Shown: piece by piece, positions 1 through 6,495 of the stretch
Numbering within the stretch: the stretch's first letter is position 1
Layout: each line of letters begins with the position of its first letter
The notes under the pieces: model-generated
Told to the model about the DNA's origin: nothing
Database searches by the model: none
Seen by the model: only the letters and a program-made list of their open reading frames with translations
Made by a program: the position numbers and the translations under genes
Assembly (NCBI GenBank): GCA_964401865.1
Contig: CAYNZZ010000023.1
Location: 1 to 10,427, forward strand
Direction: 5' to 3'
Origin: an uncultured Erysipelotrichaceae bacterium
GTDB taxonomy: Bacteria > Bacillota_I > Bacilli_A > Erysipelotrichales > Erysipelotrichaceae
Length of the DNA: 10,427 bases

Positions 1-40
1 AAATTGAAAAAAGTTGAAAAAAGTGAAGAAAAGTGAAGAA
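1..40. repeat. Four imperfect 10-bp tandem units at the window edge
   Basis: Read directly: AAATTGAAAA / AAGTTGAAAA / AAGTGAAGAA / AAGTGAAGAA. Units 3 and 4 are identical and units 1 and 2 differ at one base. The window edge truncates the context. On + frame 1 this reads KLKKVEKSEEK then TGA (34-36), so it may be the 3' end of an upstream + strand gene. Confidence 0.5.
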
Positions 41-74
41 GTTGGTTTGGGTGGGATTATATTTCTTCATTTTT
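34..74. terminator. Candidate weak bidirectional hairpin downstream of the 532-aa gene
   Basis: TGAAGAAGT (34-42) pairs with ATTTCTTCA (61-69), with one G-U on the + RNA. The loop is 18 nt. A T5 run follows on + (70-74) and a T-rich run follows on -. The stem has only 2 G-C pairs and the loop is large, so this is weak. Confidence 0.3.
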
Positions 75-118
75 AGTTAAGTTTGTAACATATTCGAAAG
101 TATATTTATCAATTTCAT

Positions 119-1717
119 TTAACATTTTACCCCTGTATTTAATACTGCGACTTTATTTTTAAACTCACATCTTTTTGTTAAAGAATTCCAAATCCAACCT
201 TCTCCTTTTTCCTCATCGCATGTCACGACACCATCACAGTTTTTATCAGTCAAGGGATTGCAAGTTGTTTCAAAAACAGCCTCTAAAGTAATATCTCCTA
301 TAATTTCATATGGTTTTATTTCTTTTACAAACTTTCCATTCAATTTCCACCCATTAAATTTATATAAACCTTTTTTAGTTGGCTCTTTCAAAACAAATCC
401 TTCGTCAGTTTTATAGTAAGCAGGATTTTCAACATTATTTATTGCCCCGTTCATTTTGTACTTAATTCTATATTCAATAGCTTCATATTCAGCTTTTAAA
501 GTAATATCGTTTATTCTTCCTTTTGGAATACTTGTTATTGTTTTGCCATCCTCATCAATCCACCCTTTAAATCTAAAACCTTCTTTGGTCGGTTCTTTTA
601 ATAAAATTGTATCTTCAATTGTATAAGTACTTGGATTAAATTGATTATTCGTACCGCCGTCAAGCTCATATTTTATATCATAATCTATGATATTCCATTT
701 TGCATTAAATGATTTTGTTCCAATGTTTCCTTTTTCAATAATTGCTATTTCATTCCAACCATCAAAAATATACCCTTTTCTAAGCGGATCTTCGATAATT
801 ATCTCATCCTCAATCGTATAATGACTTGGATTTGACAAATTGTTTTCACCTCCATTTAAATTGTAAATAATTGGATACTCAATTGCTTTAAAACCTGACC
901 ACAATTCTCTTTTTCCTTCGCTACCAATAGCTATTTCTCTTATTGGATATCCCTCTTTGTCTTCATTATTATACCAACCAATAAATTCATAACCGCTTTT
1001 TTCTAGTTCCTTTAAAGAATAAATAGCATTTGTATCATAGTAATCTACTTCGGTAATGTCATTATCGTGAGTGATGACAACATACAATCCCTCAATTTCT
1101 TCTAACCATTTTGTTAACTTTGCTTCACAAGATTGCGAACCATGACCAGAACCTCCTCCGCCATAGCAAGATATAAAATTAATTGGTTTTTGATTAATTT
1201 CAGCCACCTTATAAGTTCCGCCAGCAACTCCACTTGATGGTCTTCCAACTGCACCTCCATATGAAATTAGTCCGATTTCCTCGTCGTTTGAATATCCTGT
1301 CAATCCACCACCCATAGAAGTCGATACTGAGTTCCCTTGATTATAATAGTTATATTTAAAGACCGAATACCCTTCTAATGGTATTACATATTTATCCAAA
1401 CTCTTTTTGCTAGAACCGAACCAATCGTCGTTGGATGAAACACTAACGTTACCCATACTGCCACTTTTGGTTTGCCATACTTTATCATACAAAATAATGT
1501 AGTCGTTACTGTCATTTAACAATTTTGCACTATACCTATATTCATCAATAATTTCTTCACCATTATATAGCTCAAAATCACCAACTTTATAATCGCTAGC
1601 TTCAACACGATTTTTAGTTTCGCTAAATTCTTCATCATTTGTTTGACTTAAAGTTTCATTATTAATTCCATTAACCATTAGTAGAGAAGTTAAAAATATT
1701 GAAATAAACTTTTGCAT
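119..1717 (-). CDS. Secreted/surface protein with Listeria-Bacteroides (Flg_new, InlB B-repeat type) repeats, a Gly-rich N-terminal region and a Cys-rich C-terminal tail
   Basis: 532-aa ORF. SD AAGAGGTG lies about 5 nt before ATG 1717. The N-terminal hydrophobic segment MQKFISIFLTSLLMV looks like a signal peptide. Three clear repeats of 65-70 aa plus one degenerate copy carry Y-x-I-x-Y-x-[LM]-[ND]-G-[GA]-x-N-x-x-N-P-x-x-Y...E-P-x-[KR]-x-G-[FY]-x-F-x-G-W. No LPXTG-type sorting signal followed by a hydrophobic tail is present. Confidence 0.8.
   Translation of the reverse strand: MQKFISIFLTSLLMVNGINNETLSQTNDEEFSETKNRVEASDYKVGDFELYNGEEIIDEYRYSAKLLNDSNDYIILYDKVWQTKSGSMGNVSVSSNDDWFGSSKKSLDKYVIPLEGYSVFKYNYYNQGNSVSTSMGGGLTGYSNDEEIGLISYGGAVGRPSSGVAGGTYKVAEINQKPINFISCYGGGGSGHGSQSCEAKLTKWLEEIEGLYVVITHDNDITEVDYYDTNAIYSLKELEKSGYEFIGWYNNEDKEGYPIREIAIGSEGKRELWSGFKAIEYPIIYNLNGGENNLSNPSHYTIEDEIIIEDPLRKGYIFDGWNEIAIIEKGNIGTKSFNAKWNIIDYDIKYELDGGTNNQFNPSTYTIEDTILLKEPTKEGFRFKGWIDEDGKTITSIPKGRINDITLKAEYEAIEYRIKYKMNGAINNVENPAYYKTDEGFVLKEPTKKGLYKFNGWKLNGKFVKEIKPYEIIGDITLEAVFETTCNPLTDKNCDGVVTCDEEKGEGWIWNSLTKRCEFKNKVAVLNTGVKC
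269..1045 (-). repeat. Intragenic tandem protein repeats (aa ~225-483 of the 532-aa protein), Flg_new/List_Bact type
   Basis: The repeat units begin IEYPIIYNLNGGENNLSNPSHYTIED..., IIDYDIKYELDGGTNNQFNPSTYTIED... and IEYRIKYKMNGAINNVENPAYYKTDE.... Each ends in K/EG(F/Y)xFxGW...[KE]A. A degenerate copy precedes them (YSLKELEKSGYEFIGWY...). Confidence 0.75.
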
Positions 1718-1784
1718 AATTACACCTCTTCTGTTTCACATTATTGTTTATTCCAATATTTAAAAATCCTATTTTTCCAAAATT

Positions 1785-1810
1785 AAAAGACGTCAACCAA
1801 AACGCCTTTT
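1785..1810 (-). terminator. Candidate rho-independent terminator after the chimeric ORF
   Basis: The minus-strand RNA reads AAAAGGCG-UUUUGGUUGA-CGUCUUUU. The stem is 8 bp with one G-U and the loop is 10 nt, followed by AAUUUU. It starts 33 nt after the TAA at 1843-1845. The stem is weak. Confidence 0.4.
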
Positions 1811-1842
1811 AATCTAATATTTTTATTAGCGATTACTTTCAC

Positions 1843-2866
1843 TTACTTTTTTGCTACAAACACAAATCTACCATCTTTTTCATAATACGAGCATGTAGAT
1901 AGAGTTAATATTTGATCACTATATTTTGCACTAACTCCTGTATCATACAATGAATTATCTTTAACTTTTGAAATATATTCTTCAAAAGTTGCTTGGCCAG
2001 ACAAATCTAAATAATTATAATATCTAAATCCTTCTTCATCATCTTTATACACTTTTGATTTAAAAACTTCTTGTGTTTTAGCTGCATCGCCATAGGCTTT
2101 ATTATCACTACTTTGGAATTTACCAGCTCCAGGTACTCTAACCGATCCACAAATATCTTTATTAATAATAGAATCATCAATAGTTAATTCAGTTCCTTCT
2201 GGAGCATTAATACCAGAAAGACTTGTTTGAGTGGTATTTAAGAAATTTATTGATCCATCAGCCAAAGTTAAATGCAACTTAGAACCAGCTAATAACTGAA
2301 TACCATAAATAGCTGTTGCAACAATATTTACACCATCAAGAGTTAAGTCTGCACTAACTCCAGATAATACTCTAATCCCACCATTTATTGAAGTAGAATA
2401 ATTTGTATTGTCATGTCCAGCAGTCTTAATTGTCAATGGAGTTGATGTTTTAATCTCTAAAACCACACCGTTACATTGGTAATCTGTACCCAATTCTCCG
2501 TCAGATACAACGAAGTTGCATACAGAAACATCGTCTGCCAATGGTTCAATTTCATTTTCCAATTGATATTCTTCATCTTCAACAGGTTCAGTTGTTGCTG
2601 GAACATCGTTTTCATTATCAACAACCTCATCAATATCTGCAATCGTCTCATCGTCAAAACCTTCTTCTTTTCCGACGATTTCGTTTTCGTTACCGTTTTG
2701 TTCACCATCTGTTTCATCAGTTGGTGTTGGTTCAACATCAACTATAGAGTTATCTGATGAACCCCCCCCCGACTCAGCAAATGTAGGTGCAAAATTAAAA
2801 CAGTGTGTAAGAATTGATGACGGTAGTAATCATAATACATACTGCTTTTTTCAAACAAAGTCTCAT
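1843..2866 (-). pseudogene. Disrupted chimeric surface-protein gene: signal peptide (frame-broken), acidic linker, beta-helix adhesin fragment, then the C-terminal third of a class-B sortase
   Basis: ATG 2866 opens MRLCLKKAVCIMITTVINSYTLF and then TAA (2795-2797).

The next frame is open from 2829 and reads ..ILTHCFNFAPTFAESGGGSSDNSIVDVEPTPTDETDGEQNGNENE... straight into the tracked 239-aa ORF (1843..2562). That ORF has only a TTG start and no ATG/GTG/TTG upstream in frame.

The middle part (VLSGVSADLTLDGVNIVATAIYGIQLLAGSKLHLTLADGSINF..., SVRVPGAG) resembles parallel beta-helix adhesin coils.

The last ~75 aa (EVFKSKVY...FEEYISKVKDNSLYDTGVSAKYSDQILTLSTCSYYEKDGRFVFVAKK) match the sortase B C-terminus, including the TLSTC Cys and the following Arg. 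The His-containing N-terminal part is missing. Confidence 0.55.
2762..2770 (-). repeat. Homopolymer: C9 on +, G9 in the minus-strand coding sense (encodes SGGGS)
   Basis: Read directly: a ccccccccc g at 2761-2771. It is the longest G/C run seen in this AT-rich window. It lies just 3' of the predicted signal-peptide cleavage site (TFA/E). Confidence 0.9.
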
Positions 2867-2934
2867 ATATTATTTGCTATCTCCCTTTCCGATAGCATAA
2901 TTAACTTTAATATTCCACCTTGGGTGATATTACT

Positions 2935-3672
2935 TTATTCAAATTTGTGACATATTTTTGGCTGAAAATAGTACATTACTATTGCGCCAGCCATTGCTAC
3001 ATTTAATGAATCGATATTACGCATATCAATCTTTATTATTCCATCGACGATATTCATTATTTCTTCACTGACTCCGCTTCCTTCGTTGCCAAGCACAAAA
3101 GCCATTTTTTCTTCAACTTTTACATCATTTAATTCATAATTGTTTTCTTTTAGACCAGTAGCATAGACTTTAAATGCTTTACTCTGCAATTCTGCGATTA
3201 CAGATTGAAGTTTCACATACTGGATAGACATTTTAAAAATCGCTCCTTCAGACAATAAAACACTTTTTTCATGATAAATATCTGCTGATCCCTTAGATAA
3301 ATATATCGCATCAAAACCAAACAAATATGCACAATTAATGATTTTCCCGATATTTAAAGGATCTTGTAGATTATCAAGAAGCAAAATTCGATTATTTTCA
3401 TCTTTAATAGCCAGCTCTTTCTTTTTTCCTATGCCTATATAATCGCAATTCTCGCCTTTGGTAAGTTTATCCATAACTTCTTTCGACACTTCATATGCCT
3501 CATCAAAATCAAAAGGCTTATTTCCGATATAAATAAGTGTTTGAAGAAAACCTTGTTCATAAGCAATTTTCGTTATCTTTTCAGATATAATTAAAAAACT
3601 ATCTTCGCGATATTTCTTAATATATAATTTCATCCACTTTTTTACTTTTTCATTACTTAATGAACTTATCAT
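2935..3672 (-). CDS. TrmH/SpoU-family (SPOUT) RNA 2'-O-methyltransferase, YsgA/RlmB-group-like
   Basis: 245-aa ORF. SPOUT motifs are present: LDNLQDPLNIGKIINCAYLFGF, FVLGNEGSGVSEE and IKIDMRNIDSLNVAMAGAIVMY. The start ATG overlaps the upstream stop (ATGA at 3669-3672). Confidence 0.85.
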   Translation of the reverse strand: MISSLSNEKVKKWMKLYIKKYREDSFLIISEKITKIAYEQGFLQTLIYIGNKPFDFDEAYEVSKEVMDKLTKGENCDYIGIGKKKELAIKDENNRILLLDNLQDPLNIGKIINCAYLFGFDAIYLSKGSADIYHEKSVLLSEGAIFKMSIQYVKLQSVIAELQSKAFKVYATGLKENNYELNDVKVEEKMAFVLGNEGSGVSEEIMNIVDGIIKIDMRNIDSLNVAMAGAIVMYYFQPKICHKFE

Positions 3673-4385
3673 CTTCTCTTACCTTTATAAACAAGACTTG
3701 CCAATACATCAACCGTACTAGCTGCACTAAGTGCCATTTTAAAATCACTACCATAAGGTATATATAATAATTCATCAACTTTATCAATTATTTTTGATGC
3801 GATTCCCCTTTTTTCACCGCCAATCAAAAACAAAGATTTGCCCTTAAATCGATAATCAAATATATCTTTAGATTTATCACCACGTTCTAATGCGTATGTT
3901 TTATAACCATGCGATCCAAAATACTCAATATCATTCAATAAATCATCAGTCATATAGATATTCATGAAATCATATGCTCCAGCACTGGACTTAAGCAAGG
4001 TGCTTTCAAATAAATTGGTATTGCGAGATGGGACAATAATACTTTTAAAGCCAAAAGCAAATAATGTGCGATATACATAGCCTAAATTAAAAGGATCTTC
4101 AATTCCATCGATATAAAACAAATCTTCACATTCTAACATTTCATCAATGTTTTGAAAAAGACGCATTGATACATCAGCGACAATGCCGCCATGACTTTTG
4201 CCAACAGCCATTGCATCAATTTCTTCTCTACCAGTATCTTTGATATGTATATTATTATCCTTACACAAATGACGAATATAACTAAAGTCTTTGGTCTTTT
4301 TGTTTCTATCAATATAGACAGTATTTATTTCTCTTTTCTTGCCTTTAATCGCTGCTTTTATCGCGATAGAACCTTCGATAATCAT
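3669..4385 (-). CDS. TrmH/SpoU-family (SPOUT) RNA methyltransferase, RlmB/YacO-like with N-terminal substrate-binding-type segment; motif 3 divergent
   Basis: 238-aa ORF. The N-terminus IEGSIAIKAAIKGKKREINTVYI resembles the SpoU substrate-binding domain. Motifs: IDGIEDPFNLGYVYRTLFAFGF, LFLIGGEKRGI and YIPYGSDFKMALSAASTVDVLA. SD-like AAAGG is upstream. The start lies 2 nt after the upstream stop. Confidence 0.8.
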   Translation of the reverse strand: MIIEGSIAIKAAIKGKKREINTVYIDRNKKTKDFSYIRHLCKDNNIHIKDTGREEIDAMAVGKSHGGIVADVSMRLFQNIDEMLECEDLFYIDGIEDPFNLGYVYRTLFAFGFKSIIVPSRNTNLFESTLLKSSAGAYDFMNIYMTDDLLNDIEYFGSHGYKTYALERGDKSKDIFDYRFKGKSLFLIGGEKRGIASKIIDKVDELLYIPYGSDFKMALSAASTVDVLASLVYKGKRR

Positions 4386-4387
4386 AT

Positions 4388-5587
4388 TTAAGCCTTTCGA
4401 ATCATATCGTGTTCACTAACCTTAAATGGTATGTGAATATATAGAAGTTCAGTTGGCTTATTAGCTAGCTCCACTAAATCCCATTCTTCATTGAGCATCA
4501 ATACATTGTCGATAATTTCATTATCGATATTCGGTCCAAAAACTTCTAATTTATCATGAAGGGAAAATTTATTTTTAACTTCAACCAGTGCCAATTTTCG
4601 CATTTCATCATAACTTTTGACATATGCGACATAATCATGGGTTACCCCTGCACCATTAATTCCATATAAGTGTTTACTGTCATCGGGATCCCCTGCAAAA
4701 AAACCATCATCACTAGGACGATTTTCAGCCTTAGATAATTCTCTATCATAATAGGCAATGCGCTCTGCATTTAGTTCTCCATCTTTATAAACTTCATCGA
4801 TCATCTTTCGATATGTCTTTACAACTTGAGCAATATAATAATCCGATTTCATGCGTCCTTCGATTTTCAATGAAGCAACTTTGGCTTTAATCAATTCAGC
4901 AATATATGCTGTAGCCCTTAAATCTTTAGATGACATTGAAAGCGGGCAATTAATATCCGACACCATTTTACCATTATCGACAATATGATATTTCCATCGA
5001 CAGCTTTGTGCGCATCCGCCACGATTAGCATCTCTTAAAGTCATGCGATTGGATAAAGTGCAGCGTCCAGAATAGTTAGAACACATCCCCCCATGAATAA
5101 ACACCTCTAAAGGAAGATCTACTTTTTCACTAATCATTTTTATTTCTTCCATCGTCGTTTCTCGACCCAAAACGATACGATCAGCACCAAAACTTTTAAT
5201 TACATCGCAAGCCATACTATTTAAAGTAGATAATTGAGTCGAGATGTGACACTCCATTTTCAAATTCATTGCCTTGACAATACTAACAAGTGAAAGTGAT
5301 TCGATAATAATAGCATCAACACCGATGTTGTCTAGTCGTAACAAATATTCTTTAATGCCAACCAAATCTTCGTCATGAAAAACAATATTAACAGTTACAA
5401 ATACTTTTCTATTTCTCACATGAGCAAATTTAACCAGTTCTTCCATATCACTTATTTCAAAATTGGAAGCACGTGAACGCAACGAAAACTGTTTACCACC
5501 AACATAAACAGCATCTGCACCATATAAAATGGCAATTTTGGCTTTGTGCAAATCTTTTGCCGGAGCAAGTAATTCTATCTTTTCCAT
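4388..5587 (-). CDS. Peptidase U32 family protein, YrrO/TrhP2-like (putative RNA 5-hydroxylation factor)
   Basis: 399-aa ORF. The N-terminus is ELLAPAKDLHKAKIAILYGADAVYVGG. The U32 signature EVFIHGGMCSNYSGRCTLS is present, and the Cys pattern C-x6-C-x15-C-x3-C (..MCSNYSGRC..GGCAQSC..) is complete. Confidence 0.85.
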   Translation of the reverse strand: MEKIELLAPAKDLHKAKIAILYGADAVYVGGKQFSLRSRASNFEISDMEELVKFAHVRNRKVFVTVNIVFHDEDLVGIKEYLLRLDNIGVDAIIIESLSLVSIVKAMNLKMECHISTQLSTLNSMACDVIKSFGADRIVLGRETTMEEIKMISEKVDLPLEVFIHGGMCSNYSGRCTLSNRMTLRDANRGGCAQSCRWKYHIVDNGKMVSDINCPLSMSSKDLRATAYIAELIKAKVASLKIEGRMKSDYYIAQVVKTYRKMIDEVYKDGELNAERIAYYDRELSKAENRPSDDGFFAGDPDDSKHLYGINGAGVTHDYVAYVKSYDEMRKLALVEVKNKFSLHDKLEVFGPNIDNEIIDNVLMLNEEWDLVELANKPTELLYIHIPFKVSEHDMIRKA

Positions 5588-5595
5588 TTATATAC

Positions 5596-6465
5596 CTACT
5601 TAGTAATATTGGTCTTTTGATAAAAATAACCTTTATCAAAATCAATCTTTTCATATTTCAAACTTAAATTATTTTCTAAAAGTTTGGCATTTTCTTTAGT
5701 TAATATATGATAATCATTTAGCACGGAAATTAATACGCTTTTATCAACAAACATATCATCTATTATTCCAGCATTGATCTTATCTTCTAATTCAACGCTT
5801 TCTTCGTAAGCACACAATACATAATCACTATAAATTTTTGTACCGTATTCATTTTCTAAAATTGGCATTTTAAAATTGCGTGTTTCTTCAATGATCGATA
5901 ACGACAATTTGTTTTTAGCATCAAAACCTTTATTTATAAATTTAAAATAATTTGTTAAAAACTTTCTTTTAGATGAGGACATTTTCTGATGGCCGAATAA
6001 ATGAACATCAACTTTTCCAGCATTGTTATCAGCGATCTTTTCTATTTCATCAAGAGTCAGTTCTCTGGCTAAAACTACACTTTTTAAACCTTTTTTCAAA
6101 AAGAAAGAAACATCTAAAGAATTGGTCATCAATGTATCGCTTTCATATATCAGTTTTTCTTTGATCTTTAATTCTTTAGCTACTTTAATCACTGCCAAAT
6201 CGCTAAAGTAGATACCATCAACATCTAAATCCTTTAAAAAACCCATATACTCATATAACAATTTTTCATCTTCTTCTTTAATCATCGTATCCATCAAGAC
6301 ATAGAATTCAATGTCTAAAGATCTACACTTTTTTCTAATATCTTTCATATCCGATAAAGAGTAGTAATGGCGATCAGCAAAATATGAACCACATATCACA
6401 CCATCAATAAGAGGTGCAAATTCTTCCAAATAATTTTTTGAAGATAACGTTATCAATAATTTCAT
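5596..6465 (-). CDS. Peptidase U32 family paralogue, YrrN/TrhP1-like, lacking the Cys cluster motif
   Basis: 289-aa ORF sitting 8 nt upstream of the 399-aa U32 gene. It has a similar overall layout (LITLSS..LIDGVICGS.., VDVHLFGHQKMSSSKRKFLTNY aligns with EVFIHGGMCSNYSGRCTLSN), but Ser replaces the Cys residues. No SD precedes ATG 6465. Confidence 0.7.
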   Translation of the reverse strand: MKLLITLSSKNYLEEFAPLIDGVICGSYFADRHYYSLSDMKDIRKKCRSLDIEFYVLMDTMIKEEDEKLLYEYMGFLKDLDVDGIYFSDLAVIKVAKELKIKEKLIYESDTLMTNSLDVSFFLKKGLKSVVLARELTLDEIEKIADNNAGKVDVHLFGHQKMSSSKRKFLTNYFKFINKGFDAKNKLSLSIIEETRNFKMPILENEYGTKIYSDYVLCAYEESVELEDKINAGIIDDMFVDKSVLISVLNDYHILTKENAKLLENNLSLKYEKIDFDKGYFYQKTNITK

Positions 6466-6471
6466 ATGTTT

Positions 6472-6480
6472 ATTTTAGCA
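6472..6480 (-). promoter_or_regulatory. Extended -10 box TGCTAAAAT abutting the U32 operon start
   Basis: The minus strand reads TGCTAAAAT-aaac-ATG(6465). Only 4 nt separate the hexamer from the start codon, and there is no SD. This implies either a very short or absent leader, or that the real promoter lies further upstream inside folT. Confidence 0.35.
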
Positions 6481-6486
6481 TAAGCA

Positions 6487-6495
6487 TGATAGAAT
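6487..6495 (+). promoter_or_regulatory. Extended -10 box TGATAGAAT positioned for a leaderless folT-like mRNA
   Basis: TGATAGAAT (6487-6495) is followed by 6 nt (aaacct) and then ATG 6502. The expected +1 therefore coincides with the A of the start codon. No SD is present, and the -35 is weak. Confidence 0.45.

Noticed and set aside
1-70. A minus-strand ORF starting at ATG 70 (MKKYNPTQTNFFTFLHFFQLFSI...) and running off the left edge. Its NPTQTN string is reminiscent of the sortase-B sorting motif NPQTN.
   Set aside because: A sorting signal must be C-terminal, not at residue 5. There is no SD before the ATG. The Phe-rich run is simply the complement of the A-rich 10-bp repeats. A convergent + strand gene end (TGA 34-36) plus a shared hairpin explains the region at least as well. 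The question cannot be resolved at the window edge.
77-118. A 13-codon ORF (MKLINILSNMLQT) immediately after the stop of the 532-aa gene, in the same frame.
   Set aside because: It is too short, has no SD and shows no recognisable feature. It is most likely chance in AT-rich sequence.
119-145. LNTG near the C-terminus of the 532-aa protein (..VAVLNTGVKC) as a possible LPXTG-like sortase motif.
   Set aside because: Only three residues follow it. There is no hydrophobic segment or positively charged tail, so it cannot be a cell-wall sorting signal as it stands.
2457-2757. Three overlapping tracked ORFs: 2457..2741 (-), 2476..2757 (+) and 2541..2747 (+).
   Set aside because: They are alternative-frame or antisense readings of the acidic low-complexity linker (D/E/N/T-rich) of the surface-protein gene. 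Their products are compositionally odd (K/Q/L or F/I/C runs). None has an SD, and all lie inside a frame with a coherent signal-peptide/linker/domain logic.
2840-2866. G10-dependent use of the alternative start ATG 2840 as the real ON state of a phase-variable gene.
   Set aside because: The resulting N-terminus (MYYDYYRHQFLHTVLILHLHLL) has no SD and is His-rich, making it a poor signal peptide. The ATG 2866 frame plus a one-base repair gives a textbook signal peptide.
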